Source: the human T2T-CHM13v2.0 reference genome, Homo sapiens. Taken from it: a DNA stretch of 64,000 bases. Positions 12,686 through 25,100 of the stretch are shown here, one piece after another (positions within the stretch are counted from its first letter, which is position 1; each line of letters opens with the position of its first letter). The stretch lies in NCBI RefSeq assembly GCF_009914755.1, contig NC_060942.1; one strand, written 5' to 3'. The notes beneath the pieces are model-generated. The model worked only from the letters and a program-made list of their open reading frames with translations. It did not search any database and was not told the DNA's origin. The position numbers and the translations under genes were made by a program.

Positions 12686-15600
12686 CATTCTCAGAAACTT
12701 ACTCGTGATGTGTGTCCTCAACTAAAGGAGTAGAACCTTTCTTTTCATAGAGAAGTTTTGAAACGCTCTTTTTGTGGAATCTGCAAGTGGATATTTGGCT
12801 AGTTTGGAGGATTTCGTTGGAAGCGGGAATTCATACAAATTGCAGACTGCAGCGTTCTGAGAAACATCTTTGTGATGTTTGTATTCAGGACACAGAGTTG
12901 AACATTCCCTATCATAGAGCAGGTTTGAATCACTCCTTTTGTAGTATCTGGAAGTGGACATTTGGAGCGCTTTCAGGCCTATGTTGGAAAAGGAAATATC
13001 TTCCCATAACAACTAGACAGAAGCATTCTCAGAAACTTATTTGAGATGTGTGTACTCAACTAAGAGAATTGAACCACCGTTTTGAAGGAGCAGTTTTGAA
13101 ACACTCTTTTTCTGGAATCTGCAAGTGGATATTTGGCTAGCTTTGGGGATTTCGCTGGAAGCGGGAATACATATAAAAAGCACACAGCAGCGTTCTGAGA
13201 AACTGCTTTCTGATGTTTGCATTCAAGTCAAAAGTTGAACACTCCCTTTCATAGAGCAGTCCTGAAACACTCCTTTTGTAGTATCTGGAACTGGACTTTT
13301 GGAGCGCTTTCAGGGCTAAGGTGAAAAAGGAAATATCTTCCCATAAAAACTGGACAGAAGCATTCTCAGAAACTTGTTTATGCTGTATCTACTCTACTAA
13401 AAAAGTTGAACCTTTCTTTTGATAGAGCAGTTTTGAAATGCTCTTTTTGTGGAATCTGCAAGTGGATATTTGGCTAGATTTGAGGATTTCGTTGGAAGCT
13501 GGAATACATACAAATTGCAGACTGCAGCGTTCTGAGAAACATCTTTGTGATGTTTGTATTCAGGACACAGAGTTGAACATTCCCTATCATAGAGCAGGTT
13601 GGAATCACTCCTTTTGTAGTATCTGGAAGTGGACATTTGGAGCGCTTTCAGGCCTATGTTGAAAAAGGAAATATCTTCCCATAACAACTAGACACAAGCA
13701 TTCTCAGAAACTTGTTTGTGATGTGTGCCCTCTACTGACAGAGTTGAACCTTTCTTTTCATAGAGCAGTTTTGAAACACTCTTTTTGTAGAATCTGCAAG
13801 AGGATATTTGCATAGCTTTGAGGATTTCGTGGGAAACGGGATTGTCTTCAGGTAAAATCTAGACAGAAGCATTCTCAGAAACTTCTTTGGGATGTTTGCA
13901 TTCAAGTCACAGAGTAGAACATTCCCTTTGGTAGAGCAGGTTTGAAACACTCTTTTTGTAGTATCTGGAAGTGGACATTTGGAGCGCTTTCAGGCCTATG
14001 TTGGAAAGGGAAATATCTTCCCGTAACAACTAGGCAGAAGCATTCTCAGAAACTTATTTGAGATGTGTGTACTCAACTAAGAGAATTGAACCACCGTTTT
14101 GAAGGAGCAGTTTTGAAACACTCTTTTTCTGGAATCTGCAAGAGGATATTTGCCTAGCCTTGAGGATTTCGTTGGAAACGGGATTGTCTTCAGATCAAAT
14201 CTAGACAGAAGCATTCTCAGAAACTTCTTTGGGATGTTTGCATTCAAGTCACAGAGTAGAACATTCCCTTTGGTAGAGCAGGTTTGAAACACTCTTTTTT
14301 TAGTATATGGAAGTGGACATTTGGAGCGCTTTCAGGCCTACGTTGGAAAAGGAAATATCTTCCCATAACAACTAGACAGAAGCATTCTCAGAAACTAGTT
14401 TCTGATGTGTGTCCTCAACTAACACAGTTGAACATTTCTTTAGACAGAACAGTTTTGAAACTCTCTTTTTGTGGAATCTGCAAGTGGATATTTGGCTAGA
14501 TTTGAGGATTTCGTTGGAAACGGGATTACATATAAAAAGCAGACAGCAGCATTCTCAGAAAGTTCTTTGTGATGATTGCATTCAAGTCACAGAATTGAAC
14601 ATTCCCTTTCACAGAGCAGGTTTGAAACACTCTTTTTGTAGTGTGTGTAAGTGGACATTTGGAGCACTTTCCGGCCTAAGGTGAAAAAGGAAATATCTTC
14701 CCATAAAAACTAGACAGAAGCATTCTCAGAAACTTACTCGTGATGTGTGTCCTCAACTAAAGGAGTAGAACCTTTCTTTTCATAGAGAAGTTTTGAAACG
14801 CTCTTTTTGTGGAATCTGCAAGTGGATATTTGGCTAGTTTTGAGGATTTCGTTGGAAGCGGGAATTCATACAAATTGCAGACTGCAGCGTTCTGAGAAAC
14901 ATCTTTGTGATGTTTGTATTCAGGACACAGAGTTGAACATTCCCTATCATAGAGCAGGTTTGAATCACTCCTTTTGTAGTATCTGGAAGTGGACATTTGG
15001 AGCGCTTTCAGGCCTATGTTGGAAAAGGAAATATCTTCCCATAACAACTAGACAGAAGCATTCTCAGAAACTTATTTGAGATGTGTGTACTCAACTAAGA
15101 GAATTGAACCACCGTTTTGAAGGAGCAGTTTTGAAACACTCTTTTTCTGGAATCTGCAAGTGGATATTTGGCTAGCTTTGGGGATTTCGCTGGAAGCGGG
15201 AATACATATAAAAAGCACACAGCAGCGTTCTGAGAAACTGCTTTCTGATGTTTGCATTCAAGTCAAAAGTTGAACACTCCCTTTCATAGAGCAGTCCTGA
15301 AACACTCCTTTTGTAGTATCTGGAACTGGACTTTTGGAGCGCTTTCAGGGCTAAGGTGAAAAAGGAAATATCTTCCCATAAAAACTGGACAGAAGCATTC
15401 TCAGAAACTTGTTTATGCTGTATCTACTCTACTAAAAAAGTTGAACCTTTCTTTTGATAGAGCAGTTTTGAAATGCTCTTTTTGTGGAATCTGCAATTGG
15501 ATATTTGGCTAGATTTGAGGATTTCGTTGGAAGCTGGAATACATACAAACTGCAGACTGCAGCGTTCTGAGAAACATCTTTGTGATGTTTGTATTCAGGA

Positions 15601-15904
15601 CACAGAGTTGAACATTCCCTATCATAGAGCAGGTTGGAATCACTCCTTTTGTAGTATCTGGAAGTGGACATTTGGAGCGCTTTCAGGCCTATGTTGAAAA
15701 AGGAAATATCTTCCCATAACAACTAGACACAAGCATTCTCAGAAACTTGTTTGTGATGTGTGCCCTCTACTGACAGAGTTGAACCTTTCTTTTCATAGAG
15801 CAGTTTTGAAACACTCTTTTTGTAGAATCTGCAAGAGGATATTTGCATAGCTTTGAGGATTTCGTGGGAAACGGGATTGTCTTCAGGTAAAATCTAGACA
15901 GAAG

Positions 15905-16075
15905 CATTCTCAGAAACTTCTTTGGGATGTTTGCATTCAAGTCACAGAGTAGAACATTCCCTTTGGTAGAGCAGGTTTGAAACACTCTTTTTTTAGTATA
16001 TGGAAGTGGACATTTGGAGCGCTTTCAGGCCTACGTTGGAAAAGGAAATATCTTCCCATAACAACTAGACAGAAG
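15905..16075 (+). repeat. D/E hybrid monomer defining a 1693-bp 10-mer variant (second instance 18957-19127)
   Basis: D1 is followed directly by an E2-type tail (ttttagtatatgg...ctacgttgg) and then F. 3052 = 1693+1360-1 and 2716 = 1693+1021+2. Confidence 0.88.
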
Positions 16076-19000
16076 CATTCTCAGAAACTAGTTTCTGATG
16101 TGTGTCCTCAACTAACACAGTTGAACATTTCTTTAGACAGAACAGTTTTGAAACACTCTTTTTGTGGTATCTGCAAGTGGCTATTTGGCTAGATTTGAGG
16201 ATTTCGTTGGAAACGGGATTACATATAAAAAGCAGACAGCAGCATTCTCAGAAACTTCTTTGTGATGATTGCATTCAAGTCACAGTATTGAACATTCCCT
16301 TTCACAGAGCAGGTTTGAAACACTCTTTGTATAGTGTGTGTAAGTGGACATTTGGAGCACTTTCCGGCCTAAGGTGAAAAAGGAAATATCTTCCCATAAA
16401 AACTAGACAGAAGCATTCTCAGAAACTTACTCGTGATGTGTGTCCTCAACTAAAGAAGTAGAACCTTTCTTTTCATAGATAAGTTTTGAAACGCTCTTTT
16501 TGTGGAATCTGCAAGTGGATATTTGGCTAGTTTTGAGGATTTCGTTGGAAGCGGGAATTCATACAAATTGCAGACTGCAGCGTTCTGAGAAACATCTTTG
16601 TGATGTTTGTATTCAGGACACAGAGTTGAACATTCCCTATCATAGAGCAGGTTGGAATCACTCCTTTTGTAGTATCTGGAAGTGGACATTTGGAGCGCTT
16701 TCAGGCCTATGTTGAAAAAGGAAATATCTTCCCATAACAACTAGACACAAGCATTCTCAGAAACTTGTTTGTGATGTGTGCCCTCTACTGACAGAGTTGA
16801 ACCTTTCTTTTCATAGAGCAGTTTTGAAACACTCTTTTTGTAGAATCTGCAAGAGGATATTTGCATAGCTTTGAGGATTTCGTGGGAAACGGGATTGTCT
16901 TCAGGTAAAATCTAGACAGAAGCATTCTCAGAAACTTCTTTGGGATGTTTGCATTCAAGTCACAGAGTAGAACATTCCCTTTGGTAGAGCAGGTTTGAAA
17001 CACTCTTTTTGTAGTATCTGGAAGTGGACATTTGGAGCGCTTTCAGGCCTATGTTGGAAAGGGAAATATCTTCCCGTAACAACTAGGCAGAAGCATTCTC
17101 AGAAACTTATTTGAGATGTGTGTACTCAACTAAGAGAATTGAACCACCGTTTTGAAGGAGCAGTTTTGAAACACTCTTTTTCTGGAATCTGCAAGAGGAT
17201 ATTTGCCTAGCCTTGAGGATTTCGTTGGAAACGGGATTGTCTTCAGATCAAATCTAGACAGAAGCATTCTCAGAAACTTCTTTGGGATGTTTGCATTCAA
17301 GTCACAGAGTAGAACATTCCCTTTGGTAGAGCAGGTTTGAAACACTCTTTTTTTAGTATATGAAAGTGGACATTTGGAGCGCTTTCAGGCCTACGTTGGA
17401 AAAGGAAATATCTTCCCATAACAACTAGACAGAAGCATTCTCAGAAACTAGTTTCTGATGTGTGTCCTCAACTAACACAGTTGAACATTTCTTTAGACAG
17501 AACAGTTTTGAAACACTCTTTTTGTGGAATCTGCAAGTGGCTATTTGGCTAGATTTGAGGATTTCGTTGGAAACGGGATTACATATAAAAAGCAGACAGC
17601 AGCATTCTCAGAAAGTTCTTTGTGATGATTGCATTCAAGTCACAGAATTGAACATTCCCTTTCACAGAGCAGGTTTGAAACACTCTTTTTGTAGTGTGTG
17701 TAAGTGGACATTTGGAGCACTTTCCGGCCTAAGGTGAAAAAGGAAATATCTTCCCATAAAAACTAGACAGAAGCATTCTCAGAAACTTACTCGTGATGTG
17801 TGTCCTCAACTAAAGGAGTAGAACCTTCTTTTCATAGAGAAGTTTTGAAACGCTCTTTTTGTGGAATCTGCAAGTGGATATTTGGCTAGTTTTGAGGATT
17901 TCGTTGGAAGCGGGAATTCATACAAATTGCAGACTGCAGCGTTCTGAGAAACATCTTTGTGATGTTTGTATTCAGGACACAGAGTTGAACATTCCCTATC
18001 ATAGAGCAGGTTTGAATCACTCCTTTTGTAGTATCTGGAAGTGGACATTTGGAGCGCTTTCAGGCCTATGTTGGAAAAGGAAATATCTTCCCATAACAAC
18101 TAGACAGAAGCATTCTCAGAAACTTATTTGAGATGTGTGTACTCAACTAAGAGAATTGAACCACCGTTTTGAAGGAGCAGTTTTGAAACACTCTTTTTCT
18201 GGAATCTGCAAGTGGATATTTGGCTAGCTTTGGGGACTTCGCTGGAGGCGGGAATACATATAAAAAGCACACAGCAGCGTTCTGAGAAACTGCTTTCTGA
18301 TGTTTGCATTCAAGTCAAAAGTTGAACACTCCCTTTCATAGAGCAGTCCTGAAACACTCCTTTTGTAGTATCTGGAACTGGACTTTTGGAGCGCTTTCAG
18401 GGCTAAGGTGAAAAAGGAAATATCTTCCCATAAAAACTGGACAGAAGCATTCTCAGAAACTTGTTTATGCTGTATCTACTCAACTAACAAATTTGAACCT
18501 TTCTTTTGATAGAGCAGTTTTGAAATGCTCTTTTTGTGGAATCTGCAAGTGGATATTTGGCTAGTTTTGAGGATTTCGTTGGAAGCGGGAATTCATACAA
18601 ATTGCAGACTGCAGCGTTCTGAGAAACATCTTTGTGGTGTTTGTATTCAGGACAGAGAGTTGAACATTCCCTATCATAGAGCAGGTTGGAATCACTCCTT
18701 TTGTAGTATCTGGAAGTGGACATTTGGAGCGCTTTCTGGCCTATGTTGAAAAAGGAAATATCTTCCCATAACAACTAGACACAAGCATTCTCAGAAACTT
18801 GTTTGTGATGTGTGCCCTCTACTGACAGAGTTGAACCTTTCTTTTCATAGAGCAGTTTTGAAACACTCTTTTTGTAGAATCTGCAAGAGGATATTTGCAT
18901 AGCTTTGAGGATTACGTGGGAAACGGGATTGTCTTCAGGTAAAATCTAGACAGAAGCATTCTCAGAAACTTCTTTGGGATGTTTGCATTCAAGTCACAGA

Positions 19001-19129
19001 GTAGAACATTCCCTTTGGTAGAGCAGGTTTGAAACACTCTTTTTTTAGTATATGGAAGTGGACAATTGGAGCGCCTTCAGGCCTACGTTGGAAAAGGAAA
19101 TATCTTCCCATAACAACTAGACAGAAGCA

Positions 19130-22100
19130 TTCTCAGAAACTAGTTTCTGATGTGTGTCCTCAACTAACACAGTTGCACATTTCTTTAGACAGAACAGTTT
19201 TGAAACACTCTTTTTGTGGAATCTGCAAGTGGCTATTTGGCTAGATTTGAGGATTTCGTTGGAAACGGGATTACATATAAAAAGCAGTCAGCAGCATTCT
19301 CAGAAAGTTCTTTGTGATGATTGCATTCAAGTCACAGAATTGAACATTCCCTTTCACAGAGCAGGTTTGAAATACTCTTTTTTAGTGTGTGTAATTGGAC
19401 ATTTGGAGCACTTTCCGGCCTAAGGTGGAAAAGGAAATATCTTCCCATAAAAACTAGACAGAAGCATTCTCAGAAACTTACTCGTGATGTGTGTCCTCCA
19501 CTAAATGAGTAGAACCTTTCTTTTCATAGAGAAGTTTTGAAACGCTCTTTTTGTAGAATCTGCAAGAGGATATTTGCATAGCTTTGAGGATTTCGTGGGA
19601 AACGGGATTGTCTTCAGGTAAAATCTAGACAGAAGCATTCTCAGAAACTTCTTTGGGATGTTTGCATTCAAGTCACAGAGTAGAACATTCCCTTTGGTAG
19701 AGCAGGTTTGAAACACTCTTTTTGTAGTATCTGGAAGTGGACATTTGGAGCGCTTTCAGGCCTATGTTGGAAAGGGAAATATCTTCCCGTAACAACTAGG
19801 CAGAAGCATTCTCAGAAACTTATTTGAGATGTGTGTACTCAACTAAGAGAATTGAACCACCGTTTTGAAGGAGCAGTTTTGAAACACTCTTTTTCTGGAA
19901 TCTGCAAGAGTATATTTGCCTAGCCTTGAGGATTTCGTTGGAAAAGGGATTGTCTTTAGATCAAATCTAGACAGAAGCATTCTCAGAAACTTCTTTGGGA
20001 TGTTTGCATTCAAGTCACAGAGTAGAACATTCCCTTTGGTAGAGCAGGTTTGAAACACTCTTTTTTTAGTATATGGAAGTGGACATTTGGAGCGCTTTCA
20101 GGCCTACGTTGGAAAAGGAAATATCTTCCCATAACAACTAGACAGAAGCATTCTCAGAAACTAGTTTCTGATGTGTGTCCTCAACTAACACAGTTGAACA
20201 TTTCTTTAGACAGAACAGTTTTGAAACACTCTTTTTGTGGAATCTGCAAGTGGCTATTTGGCTAGATTTGAGGATTTCGTTGGAAACGGGATTACATATA
20301 AAAAGCAGACAGCAGCATTCTCAGAAAGTTCTTTGTGATGATTGCATTCAAGTCACAGAATTGAACATTCCCTTTCACAGAGCAGGTTTCAAAAACACTC
20401 TTTTTGTAGTGTGTGTAAGTGGACATTTGGAGCACTTTCCGGCCTAAGGTGAAAAAGGGAATATCTTCCCATAAAAACTAGACAGAAGCATTCTCAGAAA
20501 CTTACTCGTGATGTGTGTCCTCAACTAAAGGAGTAGAACCTTTGTTTGCATAGAGAAGTTTTGAAACGCTCTTTTTGTGGAATCTGCAAGTGGATATTTG
20601 GCTAGTTTGGAGGATTTCGTTGGAAGCGGGAATTCATACAAATTGCAGACTGCAGCGTTCTGAGAAACATCTTTGTGATGTTTGTATTCAGGACACAGAG
20701 TTGAACATTCCCTATCATAGAGCAGGTTGGAATCACTCCTTTTGTAGTATCTGGAAGTGGACATTTGGAGCGCTTTCAGGCCTATGTTGCAAAAGGAAAT
20801 ATCTTCCCATAACAACTAGACAGAAGCATTCTCAGAAACTTATTTGAGATGTGTGTACTCAACTAAGAGAATTGAACCACCGTTTTGAAGGAGCAGTTTT
20901 GAAACACTCTTTTTCTGGAATCTGCAAGTGGATATTTGGCTAGCTTTGGGGATTTCGCTGGAAGCGGGAATACATATAAAAAGCACACAGCAGCGTTCTG
21001 AGAAACTGCTTTCTGATGTTTGCATTCAAGTCAAAAGTTGAACACTCCCTTTCATAGAGCAGTCCTGAAACACTCCTTTTGTAGTATCTGGAACTGGACT
21101 TTTGGAGCGCTTTCAGGGCTAAGGTGAAAAAGGAAATATCTTCCCATAAAAACTGGACAGAAGCATTCTCAGAAACTTGTTTATGCTGTATCTACTCAAC
21201 TAACAAAGTTGAACCTTTCTTTTGATAGAGCAGTTTTGAAATGCTCTTTTTGTGGAATCTGCAAGTGGATATTTGGCTAGTTTTGAGGATTTCGTTGGAA
21301 GCGGGAATTCATACAAATTGCAGACTGCAGCGTTCTGAGAAACAGCTTTGTGATGTTTGTATTCAGGACAGAGAGTTGAACATTCCCTATCATAGAGCAG
21401 GTTGGAATCACTCCTTTTGTAGTATCTGGAAGTGGACATTTGGAGCGCTTTCTGGCCTATGTTGAAAAAGGAAATATCTTCCCATAACAACTAGACACAA
21501 GCATTCTCAGAAACTTGTTTGTGATGTGTGCCCTCTACTGACAGAGTTGAACCTTTGTTTTCATAGAGCAGTTTTGAAACACTCTTTTTGTAGAATCTGC
21601 AAGAGGATATTTGCATAGCTTTGAGGATTTCGTGGGAAACGGGATTGTCTTCAGGTAAAATCTAGACAGAAGCATTCTCAGAAACTTCTTTGGGATGTTT
21701 GCATTCAAGTCACAGAGTAGAACATTCCCTTTGGTAGAGCAGGTTTGAAACACTCTTTTTGTAGTATCTGGAAGTGGACATTTGGAGCGCTTTCAGGCCT
21801 ATGTTGGAAAGGGAAATATCTTCCCGTAACAACTAGGCAGAAGCATTCTCAGAAACTTATTTGAGATGTGTGTACTCAACTAAGAGAATTGAATCACCGT
21901 TTTGAAGGAGCAGTTTTGAAACACTCTTTTTCTGGAATCTGCAAGAGGATATTTGCCTAGCCTTGAGGATTTCGTTGGAAACGGGATTGTCTTCAGATCA
22001 AATCTAGACAGAAGCATTCTCAGAAACTTCTTTGGGATGTTTGCATTCAAGTCACGGAGTAGAACATTCCCTTTGGTAGAGCAGGTTTGAAACACTCTTT

Positions 22101-25100
22101 TTTTAGTATATGGAAGTGGACATTTGGAGCGCTTTCAGGCCTACGTTGGAAAAGGAAATATCTTCCCATAACAACTAGACAGAAGCATTCTCAGAAACTA
22201 GTTTCTGATATGTGTCCTCAACTAACACAGTTGAACATTTCTTTAGACAGAACAGTTTTGAAACACTCTTTTTGTGGAATCTGCAAGTGGCTATTTGGCT
22301 AGATTTGAGGATTTCGTTGGAAACGGGATTACATATAAAAAGCAGACAGCAGCATTCTCAGAAAGTTCTTTGTGATGATTGCATTCAAGTCACAGAATTG
22401 AACATTCCCTTTCACAGAGCAGGTTTGAAACACTCTTTTTGTAGTGTGTGTAAGTGGACATTTGGAGCACTTTCCGGCCTAAGGTGAAAAAGGAAATATC
22501 TTCCCATAAAAACTAGACAGAAGCATTCTCAGAAACTTACTCGTGATGTGTGTCCTCAACTAAAGGAGTAGAACCTTTCTTTTCATAGAGAAGTTTTGAA
22601 ACGCTCTTTTTGTGGAATCTGCAAGTGGATATTTGGCTAGTTTGGAGGATTTCGTTGGAAGCGGGAATTCATACAAATTGCAGACTGCAGCGTTCTGAGA
22701 AACATCTTTGTGATGTTTGTATTCAGGACACAGAGTTGAACATTCCCTATCATAGAGCAGGTTGGAATCACTCCTTTTGTAGTATCTGGAAGTGGACATT
22801 TGGAGCGCTTTCAGGCCTATGTTGGAAAAGGAAATATCTTCCCATAACCACTAGACAGAAGCATTCTCAGAAACTTATTTGAGATGTGTGTACTCAACTA
22901 AGAGAATTGAACCACCGTTTTGAAGGAGCAGTTTTGAAACACTCTTTTTCTGGAATCTGCAAGTGGATATTTGGCTAGCTTTGGGGATTTCGCTGGAAGC
23001 GGGAATACATATAAAAAGCACACAGCAGCGTTCTGAGAAACTGCTTTCTGATGTTTGCATTCAAGTCAAAAGTTGAACACTCCCTTTCATAGAGCAGTCC
23101 TGAAACACTCCTTTTGTAGTATCTGGAACTGGACTTTTGGAGCGCTTTCAGGGCTAAGGTGAAAAAGGAAATATCTTCCCATAAAAACTGGACAGAAGCA
23201 TTCTCAGAAACTTGTTTATGCTGTATCTACTCAACTAACAAAGTTGAACCTTTCTTTTGATAGAGCAGTTTTGAAATGCTCTTTTTGTGGAATCTGCAAG
23301 TGGATATTTGGCTAGTTTTGAGGATTTCATTGGAAGCGGGAATTCATACAAATTGCAGACTGCAGCGTTCTGAGAAACATCTTTGTGATGTTTGTATTCA
23401 GGACAGAGAGTTGAACATTCCCTATCATAGAGCAGGTTGGAATCACTCCTTTTGTAGTATCTGGAAGTGGACATTTGGAGCGCTTTCAGGCCTATGTTGA
23501 AAAAGGAAATATCTTCCCATAACAACTAGACACAAGCATTCTCAGAAACTTGTTTGTGATGTGTGCCCTCTACTGACAGAGTTGAACCTTTCTTTTCATA
23601 GAGCAGTTTTGAAACACTCTTTTTGTAGAATCTGCAAGAGGATATTTGCATAGCTTTGAGGATTACGTGGGAAACGGGATTGTCTTCAGGTAAAATCTAG
23701 ACAGAAGCATTCTCAGAAACTTCTTTGGGATGTTTGCATTCAAGTCACAGAGTAGAACATTCCCTTTGGTAGAGTAGGTTTGAAACACACTTTTTGTAGT
23801 ATCTGGAAGTGGACATTTGGAGCGTTTTCAGGCCTATGTTGGAAAGGGAAATATCTTCCCGTAACAACTAGGCAGAAGCATTCTCAGAAACTTATTTGAG
23901 ATGTGTGTACTCAACTAAGAGAATTGAACCACCGTTTTGAAGGAGCAGTTTTGAAACACTCTTTTTCTGGAATCTGCAAGAGGATATTTGCCTAGCCTTG
24001 AGGATTTCGTTGGAAACGGGATTGTCTTCAGATCAAATCTAGACAGAAGCATTCTCAGAAACTTCTTTGGGATGTTTGCATTCAAGTCACAGAGTAGAAC
24101 ATTCCCTTTGGTAGAGCAGGTTTGAAACACTCTTTTTTTAGTATATGGAAGTGGACATTTGGAGCGCATTCAGGCCTACGTTGGAAAAGGAAATATCTTC
24201 CCATAACAACTAGACAGAAGCATTCTCAGAAACTAGTTTCTGATGTGTGTCCTCAACTAACACAGTTGCACATTTCTTTAGACAGAACAGTTTTGAAACA
24301 CTCTTTTTGTGGAATCTGCAAGTGGCTATTTGGCTAGATTTGAGGATTTCGTTGGAAACGGGATTACATATAAAAAGCAGTCAGCAGCATTCTCAGAAAC
24401 TTCTTTGTGATGATTGCATTCAAGTCACAGAATTGAACATTCCCTTTCACAGAGCAGGTTTGAAATACTCTTTTTTAGTGTGTGTAATTGGACATTTGGA
24501 GCACTTTCCGGCCTAAGGTGGAAAAGGAAATATCTTCCCATAAAAACTAGACAGAAGCATTCTCAGAAACTTACTCGTGATGTGTGTCCTCCACTAAATG
24601 AGTAGAACCTTTCTTTTCATAGAGAAGTTTTGAAACGCTCTTTTTGTAGAATCTGCAAGAGGATATTTGCATAGCTTTGAGGATTTCGTGGGAAACGGGA
24701 TTGTCTTCAGGTAAAATCTAGAGAGAAGCATTCTCAGAAACTTCTTTGGGATGTTTGCATTCAAGTCACAGAGTAGAACATTCCCTTTGGTAGAGCAGGT
24801 TTGAAACACTCTTTTTGTAGTATCTGGAAGTGGACATTTGGAGCGCTTTCAGGCCTATGTTGGAAAGGGAAATATCTTCCCGTAACAACTAGGCAGAAGC
24901 ATTCTCAGAAACTTATTTGAGATGTGTGTACTCAACTAAGAGAATTGAATCACCGTTTTGAAGGAGCAGTTTTGAAACACTCTTTTTCTGGAATCTGCAA
25001 GAGTATATTTGCCTAGCCTTGAGGATTTCGTTGGAAAAGGGATTGTCTTTAGATCAAATCTAGACAGAAGCATTCTCAGAAACTTCTTTGGGATGTTTGC

